A stretch of DNA of 17,454 nucleotides from positions 1 to 17,454 of the IMG/VR virus record IMGVR_UViG_2579778773_000004; one strand, written 5' to 3'. The position numbers were made by a program, and so were the translations under genes. The stretch comes from a virus. Lineage: Duplodnaviria > Heunggongvirae > Uroviricota > Caudoviricetes. This document shows positions 1-6,375 of the stretch, one piece after another. Position 1 is the first letter of the stretch. Each line of letters begins with the position of its first letter. The notes below the pieces were generated by a model. It was not told where the DNA came from. It saw only the letters and a program-made list of their open reading frames with translations, and searched no databases.

Positions 1-147
1 GTTATTACCCGATCTCGATGGAAGTTATTGAGTGATCTCCTTTCATGAAAATACGCATTAATAAACAGTTTCTCAATTATTAGTCAGCATCATCAGAAGA
101 AACCCCTCTCCAAAGATAATTTTATAAAATAATATAAATGTCCACGC

Positions 148-200
148 CTGGCACGGAGTAGACTGGCTATCTAAGCTAAAGGTCTGCTGTGAGCGAAAAC
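148..200. repeat. Island repeat copy C: imperfect hairpin element (arms tggcacggagtagac 149-163 / gtctgctgtgagcga 182-196, ending gcgaaaac)
   Basis: By hand alignment it is about 70% identical to copy B (2793-2845). It shares the 5' ctggcacggag and 3' gcgaaaac ends. The arms can pair, including G:U pairs if read as plus-strand RNA. Confidence 0.6.
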
Positions 201-516
201 CGGACATGTACATATCTGTCAAAAAAGCAATTTTTAGCTGCCACTTCCAGTGGATGGCGGTCGGTCAGGAGATAATAGAAACAAAACATAATCATTAAAT
301 GACTGAAAAATGAAAATTGTATAAACATTCATCTTAGATGACAATTTCAAATGCATCTCTATAATTTCCCCTAGTTCAAACCAGACAGAATCTAACCACT
401 GCAAGTAGTTTTAAAATCATAGGAAAATAACGTGCATCAGCAGAAGCATATGGAAAATACACAACACATTTCAAAAATACATACTTTTAAAATTTTCATT
501 GACTGATATTTTTAAT

Positions 517-1152
517 TTATTTTCGTAAAAAAATCGACGCCCTATCCGGGTTTACTTTACATAGATGAGAAAGATATAGCGCCCTTCGATTAAATTTGCC
601 TTCAGTAAGGTCATCAATGTTTTTCCTGAATGGGTACTTAATCCGTGCAGCTATGTCAAAGTCACTAATGCTTGCATGAGCTTTGGTAAGTTTAGCTATC
701 CCATAAGTGCCATAGCCAAAGTAGCAACAGGATATATATGCTATGCAGATATCATCTGCTGTTGTTGCTTTCCTGATAAGAATGGCTAATATTTGCTCTC
801 TTATTTTTCTTCGAACTGTTTTCTCATATCTCTTAGTTATTGTTCTAACAAACTGTTGGTCTATAGTACTTGCGCCTTGATGAATGTTTTTAAATAATCT
901 CAGATATATAGTTCTTAAAATAGCAACTGGATCAACTCCCCTGTGTAATAGTTGCCGATGATCCTCAGCCACTCTTAATATATCAATTAAAGATAAAGAT
1001 ATAGATCTTTCACTTATCGAACTAAGCCTTATATAATCAATACATTTATAATAATCTTCCATAATACTTTTAACCCTGAATTTAAAAACCATTTCTGCCA
1101 ATAGCAAGTATGGCAATGACAGTAAGGTAATCAAAAAGCGCTTCGCTGCCAT
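517..1152 (-). CDS. GT51-family (MtgA-like) peptidoglycan glycosyltransferase homologue with an N-terminal membrane anchor, 211 aa from the ATG at 1152
   Basis: The ORF carries the ordered GT51 motifs AEDHRQLLHRGVD (EDxxxxxHxGxD), GASTIDQQ (GxSTITQQ), RRKIRE (RKxxE), YISCCYFGYGTYGIA and KYPFR. Motif spacing resembles E. coli MtgA as I recall it. The N-terminus has a hydrophobic segment, FLITLLSLPYLLLAEMVF. I moved the start to the ATG at 1150-1152, which has an AGGAG Shine-Dalgarno 8 nt upstream. That start overlaps the end of the upstream ORF by 22 nt. Confidence 0.7.
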   Translation of the reverse strand: MAAKRFLITLLSLPYLLLAEMVFKFRVKSIMEDYYKCIDYIRLSSISERSISLSLIDILRVAEDHRQLLHRGVDPVAILRTIYLRLFKNIHQGASTIDQQFVRTITKRYEKTVRRKIREQILAILIRKATTADDICIAYISCCYFGYGTYGIAKLTKAHASISDFDIAARIKYPFRKNIDDLTEGKFNRRALYLSHLCKVNPDRASIFLRK

Positions 1153-1679
1153 TTCACGTCTCCTGATGTATCTGCAGCGGTGGACCAAAATTTGCCATGC
1201 ATAGCATCTGCATTCACCTTTTGGAAATACAGCAAAATGGTATAACTCCTTAACTCACCTTCCATTTTTATATTCAATGAGGCATGATTTTTCCTTAAGT
1301 AATTTCTCTTAATCACCCCTCGAACCTCTCCAATACTTCTATGCTTACCAGTGTATGGTCTTATATTATTATTGTTTTCAACGTCTTTTGTTTTCTCAAT
1401 AAACCCTTCAATATTATTGTTGTCACATATTAAAGTCAGTGTATAAAACGTTTTTAAATTCAAGTAAGGATTATACGCAGATTTTAGTGTTTTACATTCA
1501 ACTTCAAAGACGCCCGAAAAATTTGGTGGCGGTTTAATATATTCTTTGAATATAAAAATCAATACAGCCGCAATAAGAGTAGCAACAGCACCACTTAAGA
1601 TTTGATTTGTGGAAATAAAGGTTAGAGATGGCTCAAGCCATTCCCAAAATATGTTGAAAAAATCAGTAAATTTATTCAT
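1131..1679 (-). CDS. Hypothetical single-pass membrane protein (182 aa), the upstream partner of the GT51-like gene
   Basis: ATG start at 1677-1679. One clear hydrophobic helix (ILSGAVATLIAAVLIFIF) is followed by a roughly 135-aa Asn/Lys-rich soluble domain. I recognise no motif. The 3' end overlaps the start of the next gene, which suggests translational coupling. The Shine-Dalgarno is weak. Confidence 0.55.
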   Translation of the reverse strand: MNKFTDFFNIFWEWLEPSLTFISTNQILSGAVATLIAAVLIFIFKEYIKPPPNFSGVFEVECKTLKSAYNPYLNLKTFYTLTLICDNNNIEGFIEKTKDVENNNNIRPYTGKHRSIGEVRGVIKRNYLRKNHASLNIKMEGELRSYTILLYFQKVNADAMHGKFWSTAADTSGDVKWQRSAF

Positions 1680-2180
1680 AAATTTCTTTTGATAGTATGT
1701 TTTTTATATGATGTTACATTTTTGAGAAAAAAGCAACTTCGCCGATTAAAAACTATCTCGCTGGAATTTATGGGCATCATGTTATGAATACATTCTTATC
1801 CCATAGGGAATAAAACCCTATCTATAGAATAAAAATCCAAATTTTATCTTAATAAATCAGATAAAAGATACTTATACTACAAAGGTACTTGTGTAAGATC
1901 AAACTTTTAATCCTATAAGTTATAGATTGAAGCAACTGTGACTTATAGTGCGCACACTTAAGAATCTCCGATGACGATGGTAGCAGGAGACAACTTTTGA
2001 CAACTCACTCCTATTACCAACTTACTGACTTGCTCCGCGTTGAGAGATTTATAGTTATGCCAGCACTGTCCGCTTCTGGCACATTGCGGAAGGGCTAACG
2101 GCCCGGAGTAAGTGAGTAACGGATGTTTGCAAGCACTCTTACTGCTGACAATGATCGCATCCAAGATAAAATAGGTGGTG

Positions 2181-2696
2181 TCAAGGTACAGGTTCACCAA
2201 TATAAGTGTGTGTGCAGCAACGACATGTCACCTTAACGTCATCTCTTGTGATTGAAAGGTTTACCTGTTGCAGAATTCCATTCTCATCAACAAACAGACC
2301 TGGGTAAAAACTGCTTTCACCAATGCAGACTAAATCCCTTCGCTGATGCTCATGTAGCGCGACCAACCAGAATACCGGCTCGGTGGTATCAAGACGTCCA
2401 CATACTTCGCTGAATATTTCATTCCACGGCTTGCCAATCTCTTTGATCAGAAAATAAAACAACGGTGTGTAGTCTCGGCCACGCTTCTGTCTGCTATGCA
2501 TTGTCTCGCGCTTTACCAGTAGCTCATCTCCGACTTTTTTGCGATTTCGTTCCCACCGATACTCAGCACCCGGATTATTAGAATGGTGCCGCGTCGTCGT
2601 GTTGACGCTGCGATATAGTTTACGGGACTTATTCTGCTGATGAATACGCATAGCTCGATCTCGTACATCCTTTCTTTTGTGGGCCAGTAGCCCCAT
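2181..2696 (-). CDS. Hypothetical basic protein (171 aa) with an Arg/Lys-rich N-terminal half and a C-terminal CxCC cluster
   Basis: ATG at 2694-2696 with AAGG about 7 nt upstream. The N-terminal roughly 75 aa are rich in R/K/H, and the C-terminus contains VTCRCCTH. I recognise no family. The local GC (about 40-57% on sampled lines) is higher than in the flanking island genes. Confidence 0.5.
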   Translation of the reverse strand: MGLLAHKRKDVRDRAMRIHQQNKSRKLYRSVNTTTRHHSNNPGAEYRWERNRKKVGDELLVKRETMHSRQKRGRDYTPLFYFLIKEIGKPWNEIFSEVCGRLDTTEPVFWLVALHEHQRRDLVCIGESSFYPGLFVDENGILQQVNLSITRDDVKVTCRCCTHTYIGEPVP

Positions 2697-2792
2697 TCAG
2701 ACCTTGTGTTACTGTATAAAAAATGAACACCCTTAAAGGCTGTATCATTCTGCTCAAATACCATCCTACTGACAACTACCAAAGGTCGGATT

Positions 2793-2845
2793 CTGGCACG
2801 GAGCGGACAATCAAGTAGAACTGAAGGCCCGCTATGTGCGAAAAC
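2793..2845. repeat. Island repeat copy B: imperfect hairpin element (arms tggcacggagcgg 2794-2806 / ccgctatgtgcga 2829-2841, ending gcgaaaac)
   Basis: It lies between the metallopeptidase stop (2883) and the 171-aa ORF start (2696). It is homologous to copies A and C. Pairing is 11 of 13 positions if read as plus-strand RNA. Confidence 0.6.
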
Positions 2846-2882
2846 AGACAGACACAGATTGATCACAAACATACCTGAACCA

Positions 2883-3812
2883 TCAGGATTTTATATCCTT
2901 GTGTGGCTCTAATCCTTCAGAAAGGACTTTATCAAATGCAGCATATTGCCTTTGTAATTTACTTTCACATTCATACAGACTCTTTAAACTAACATCATCC
3001 ATAGATTGAAAGAGTCTTTTGTTATCAACTAAATAGGAGTATGCATTAAAAATAGAAACATCCATTATATCTTTCAGTTCTTCATCAGATAGTTTAGTCT
3101 TTTTACTTAAATGCTTAATCACATGTGACTGCAATGCATTTGCGCGAACCATGGCGGGAGGATATTTGCTATTCTTCCCTTCCAATTTACATAGAAAATT
3201 AAAGAAAAAAAATATTGATGTTAAAGATAAACTAACAAGTGTTTTCTCTTCTATTTTTTTCTCCGGGGCCTTTTTTATTGTATTTAAGACGACATCTGCA
3301 ACAAAGTATGCTGAGAATACATCTGCATCATACTCCATTAATGTTTTAATCTGATCTTCACTAAAATCTTCATCGACTACATTGTACCCCATTGAATAAA
3401 CTTGGTAATCACCAATCAGGTTTATTTCTTTACTTTTGGCTAATGATAAGTGTCCACGAGCGACATGTCCAAGTTCATGACCGAAAATATGGTGCCAAAT
3501 AAAGACACACCCTAACGCAACTGGAGCTTCCTTTTCTTTCAAGTCAGGGTATTCTCTCATGAAGAATTCTATATTTTCAGAAAGAATGTCAAACGTTATT
3601 GGTATCAACCCACTCAATAAAATAATATGGAAATTATTGTCTTTTTTTTGTGCGTGAGCATTAAGGTTAAAATCGTCCTTAATGTGCAGAGCTATTTTTT
3701 TACCATCCTCTTCAATAGCGGAGTTTATCTCTATCAATCCTTTTTTGAAGGTATCGTAAACAGGCAAGAAAAAACCACTTTCTATTTTCGAAATTTCATC
3801 ACGGGTCATCAT
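2883..3812 (-). CDS. ImmA/IrrE-type (M78, COG2856-like) zinc metallopeptidase, 309 aa, with an uncharacterised C-terminal domain
   Basis: HELGH is encoded at 3465-3479 within IWHHIFGHELGHVARGH. It is followed about 40 aa later by EYDADVFSAYF, which fits the ExxAxxF(A/S) third-ligand helix of ImmA/IrrE peptidases. The start is ATGATG, with AGGTGG 6 nt upstream. The gene is very AT-rich. Confidence 0.7.
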   Translation of the reverse strand: MMTRDEISKIESGFFLPVYDTFKKGLIEINSAIEEDGKKIALHIKDDFNLNAHAQKKDNNFHIILLSGLIPITFDILSENIEFFMREYPDLKEKEAPVALGCVFIWHHIFGHELGHVARGHLSLAKSKEINLIGDYQVYSMGYNVVDEDFSEDQIKTLMEYDADVFSAYFVADVVLNTIKKAPEKKIEEKTLVSLSLTSIFFFFNFLCKLEGKNSKYPPAMVRANALQSHVIKHLSKKTKLSDEELKDIMDVSIFNAYSYLVDNKRLFQSMDDVSLKSLYECESKLQRQYAAFDKVLSEGLEPHKDIKS

Positions 3813-3869
3813 ATTTCCACCTTTAACATGAAATCTAATTCTAATTGATAGGTCTACTTAGTTTCGCTC

Positions 3870-3898
3870 ATTGTACTATTTTATTAAAGTGGGTTGAA
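3870..3898 (-). promoter_or_regulatory. Candidate sigma70 promoter for the metallopeptidase gene (-35 TTCAAC, 17-nt spacer, -10 TACAAT on the minus strand)
   Basis: The minus strand reads ttcaac-ccactttaataaaatag-tacaat, with the -10 hexamer ending 57 nt upstream of the ATG at 3812. The -10 matches 5 of 6 and the -35 matches 3 of 6. AT-rich DNA yields such matches easily. Confidence 0.3.
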
Positions 3899-3935
3899 GG
3901 TTACATTTTTATATAGCATGTCTACTGTCCCTTTG

Positions 3936-3977
3936 TGGCACAGAGCGGACTGTCAGATTAGTTTTTACTCTGTGCCA
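3936..3977. repeat. Island repeat copy A: perfect 10-bp inverted repeat tggcacagag (3936-3945) / ctctgtgcca (3968-3977) with a 22-nt loop
   Basis: It lies between the G stop (4012) and the metallopeptidase start (3812). Its left half, tggcacagagcggac, matches copy B tggcacggagcggac at 14 of 15 positions. No U-tract follows on either strand. Confidence 0.65.
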
Positions 3978-4011
3978 TAGATGAGTAATCTCACACCAGA
4001 TCTAATACGAT

Positions 4012-4590
4012 TTATTGTGGCATTTCAGGCCATTCTATATCCGGAGCATCTTCCGGCTGAACGCGATTCAGTAGCACACGGTATTTTTTCCAGTGTGTCA
4101 GACTTAACTTTTCTTCCTCGGTAGCCATATCTAAATCGACAGCATCCTGCAGCGTGGCAATAATTTCACCTGCATATGCAATCAGCTCTTTCTTCTGAGA
4201 GTCAGCCGCTCTGACAAGCGCATCACGCTCTGCATTCTCATCATTCACCCACGCATTTCCGTTCCATTTCTGATAATCCCCATCCGGGGAAATGGCTGTC
4301 ACGTCTGGAGGTAATGCGCCAAGTTCAGAAATATAAATGGCTGCTCCTGTTTTTGTTTCATAGACAGTCTTTCCACGATGGTCTTCCACCAGATCCCATT
4401 TCATTTCATCTGCATTGAAAACGGCGGCAAAACCCACCGGAATATCTGGAGGTGCAATGTCTGTACTGTTTGCAGGAAGACCTGTATGCGGCGGAATATA
4501 TGCGTCACTTTCGCCAATAAATTCATTGGTTCCATCAAGTAAATTGAAAACGCGGATAGTTTGTGTCTCTGCACTCATTCTGAAAGTCAT
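4012..4590 (-). CDS. G: Tail fibre assembly chaperone (P2 gpG / Tfa family)
   Basis: It sits directly after H with a TAATG stop/start overlap. The sequence has Tfa-like features (N-terminal [22 protein letters not shown]; C-terminal [12 protein letters not shown]-type motif). At 192 aa it is longer than P2 gpG as I recall it, which is consistent with a swapped fibre/chaperone module. An alternative start at M5 is possible. Confidence 0.85.
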   Translation of the reverse strand: MTFRMSAETQTIRVFNLLDGTNEFIGESDAYIPPHTGLPANSTDIAPPDIPVGFAAVFNADEMKWDLVEDHRGKTVYETKTGAAIYISELGALPPDVTAISPDGDYQKWNGNAWVNDENAERDALVRAADSQKKELIAYAGEIIATLQDAVDLDMATEEEKLSLTHWKKYRVLLNRVQPEDAPDIEWPEMPQ

Positions 4591-6365
4591 TATGCCAGCC
4601 TCACAATATAGTTATACGCAACGTTTTTTACGGTGTTCTCTGAATTACCTGTGGCACTTACAGTGACGGTATGACTATGCGCGCCAATCGCAATGGAATG
4701 GCTGTGAGCACCAATGCCAACCGTGTGATTATGCTGACCAATGTCGACTGTATGGGCGTGTGCTCCCGCAGAGCTTGACACCTGGTTGGTTCCTGATACC
4801 TGTACGCGTTGTTTACCCCCGATGGAGTCACCACCGTAACGACCACCGACAGTGTGTGTATGCGCTCCCGTATTGTTTGTCGTTTTTGTGCCGTGGTTAA
4901 ACGTGCTGACCGTTTTTGTCCCGTAATCAAACGAACTGGTTGTTTTCGTCCCTAAATCCGTACTGGATGCACTGGCACTGTGGGTATGTGATTTAATTCC
5001 GTCCTGTTCCTGTGATAATACGGCGCGACCACTGGCGGGTTTGCCCTTGATTGTCCAGCCGCGCATATCTGGAATCACCCCTGACGGATAAGCTACTGCA
5101 AGCAGGGGATAGGCTGCTTTATCAAAAGTCTGCCCCTGCATCAGGGCATAGCCTGTAGGTACTGAATCAGAAGGCCACGGGATTGGAGCACCTACCGGAA
5201 AGTTGTTGTACCCGTCATGATGAATCAACTTCCAGCCTTTAAAAACACCTGCGCAAACTGCCGCAAAACCGATTACATCTCCATTAAAATCAATGCCAAT
5301 AACAGTATTGTATCCCTGAGTATTGCTGTGTGCAGAGTTGATGTAGTGCTTCCAGGTGTGTCCTCCAGGCATTCCATTCTTTGCTGAGGAAGCATTAAAA
5401 AAGCCACCACGCGTACGTAAATCAGTAGCAATATCACTTATATTTTCGGCGTACTCATTTAATCCCGCTCCTTTAGGTACTCGCTTGTTTGCATTGTCAT
5501 TAGCAGCTTTCACTGCTTTCGGAGTCGCGGCAAGCGTTTCAGAATCGCTGTTGGTGGCACTACTTAGCTGGACAAGCCCTTTTCGTGCCGTGGTGGCGTC
5601 CTGTGCGGTGTATTTGCCATTAGCAAGGTCATATGCTGTCTTAACCGCCTTTGGCGTTGCTGCGAGCGTCTCAGATTCGCTGTTGGTGGCACTACTTAGC
5701 TGAACAAGACCTTTTCGCCCCGTGCTGGCGTCCTGAGCGGTATATTTTCCGTTAGCAAGGTCATACGCTGCCTTAACCGCCTTCGGCGTTGCGGCCAGCG
5801 TTTCAGATTCACTATTGGTCGCGCTGCTTAACTGAGTAAAACCTTTTGCAGTCAGTGAGGCGTCCGGATGGCGTCGTGACTGTTCGTGCTCTGCAATTTT
5901 GTCATCAACGTAATCCTGCGTCGCCATCACCGTTGTGGTGTCGATGGTCAGATCCACTGAGGCCACACTGCTGACGATAATGACCATGCGGCAGGTCTGC
6001 GAACGTCCTGAGCCTTCGGCAAGGGCAGGCTTATAACTTTCGGCCATGTTCGCCACGGCAATTAACGCACCGGTATCATCGTACAGACCAAGTTCACGCA
6101 TCCAGAAACCGCCCACCTCCGGCGGGATGACCAGCTCTGCGATAATATAATTACTGTGTCGATTGTCCTGACTGATTTTATTCAGGGCATGTCGCCAGAC
6201 CTCATTAACAAGTTTTGTCTGTCCGGCATCCGGCACCGGCAATTGACCGCCACCGTCCCCGACGGCCATCGTGGTAATGTTGACCTTCCTGCCTCCCGGT
6301 GCAGTCGCCGCTGCCAGCTTTGCTGCACCGGCGGTAGTGATAACGGTTTGGAACTTTACGCTCAT
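4590..6365 (-). CDS. H: Tail fibre protein (P2 gpH-like N-terminus, divergent receptor-binding C-terminus), 591 aa
   Basis: The N-terminal roughly 170 aa ([24 protein letters not shown]...[29 protein letters not shown]) closely match P2 gpH as I recall it. Fibre repeats, a collar-like segment ([28 protein letters not shown]...IPDMRGW) and HxH repeats follow. Confidence 0.95.
   Translation of the reverse strand: MSVKFQTVITTAGAAKLAAATAPGGRKVNITTMAVGDGGGQLPVPDAGQTKLVNEVWRHALNKISQDNRHSNYIIAELVIPPEVGGFWMRELGLYDDTGALIAVANMAESYKPALAEGSGRSQTCRMVIIVSSVASVDLTIDTTTVMATQDYVDDKIAEHEQSRRHPDASLTAKGFTQLSSATNSESETLAATPKAVKAAYDLANGKYTAQDASTGRKGLVQLSSATNSESETLAATPKAVKTAYDLANGKYTAQDATTARKGLVQLSSATNSDSETLAATPKAVKAANDNANKRVPKGAGLNEYAENISDIATDLRTRGGFFNASSAKNGMPGGHTWKHYINSAHSNTQGYNTVIGIDFNGDVIGFAAVCAGVFKGWKLIHHDGYNNFPVGAPIPWPSDSVPTGYALMQGQTFDKAAYPLLAVAYPSGVIPDMRGWTIKGKPASGRAVLSQEQDGIKSHTHSASASSTDLGTKTTSSFDYGTKTVSTFNHGTKTTNNTGAHTHTVGGRYGGDSIGGKQRVQVSGTNQVSSSAGAHAHTVDIGQHNHTVGIGAHSHSIAIGAHSHTVTVSATGNSENTVKNVAYNYIVRLA
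5487..5855 (-). repeat. Three tandem 129-nt (43-aa) phage tail-fibre repeats inside H ([39 protein letters not shown]-type)
   Basis: Residues about 171-293 of H contain three consecutive near-identical units. The nucleotide periodicity also shows up as the repeated [15 protein letters not shown] in the antisense ORF 5356..5703. Confidence 0.9.
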
Positions 6366-6375
6366 TATTCCTCAC

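Noticed and set aside
1958-2200. An 80-aa minus-strand ORF downstream of the 171-aa ORF.
   Set aside because: The annotated start is TTG followed by GTG, and there is no ATG anywhere in the frame. It overlaps the upstream stop by 20 nt and has no recognisable motif. Support is insufficient to call a gene, although a small protein cannot be excluded.
2513-2872. A 119-aa minus-strand ORF between the metallopeptidase and the 171-aa ORF.
   Set aside because: It overlaps the 171-aa ORF by 184 nt in another frame and runs straight through repeat copy B. It has no properly spaced Shine-Dalgarno, and its sequence looks hydrophobic and arbitrary. It is most likely a chance ORF.
3151-3848. Plus-strand ORFs 3151..3354 and 3627..3848, antisense to the metallopeptidase gene.
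   Set aside because: They are Phe/Lys/Ile-rich translations of AT-rich antisense sequence, lie entirely within or against a motif-supported CDS, and have no Shine-Dalgarno.
148-3950. The TGGCAC motifs in the three repeats (and at about 2076) as sigma54 (-24/-12) promoters.
   Set aside because: The sigma54 consensus needs TGGCAC-N5-TTGC. Here TGGCAC is followed by (G/A)GAG(C/T)(G/A)GAC, with no GC element at the -12 spacing. At about 2076 the TTGC sits too close. The motif is better explained as one arm of the hairpin repeat.
3936-3977. Repeat copy A as the rho-independent terminator of the V-W-J-I-H-G operon.
   Set aside because: The stem is perfect, but the loop is 22 nt and no U-run follows on the minus strand (the sequence continues CAAAGGGACAG). 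It does not fit an intrinsic terminator, and the same element recurs where no operon ends.
4012-6365. An invertible (Gin/Cin-type) tail-fibre segment or alternative fibre C-termini downstream of H.
   Set aside because: No invertase gene, no oppositely oriented alternative fibre exons and no flanking inverted crossover sites are visible. H and G are contiguous and co-oriented.
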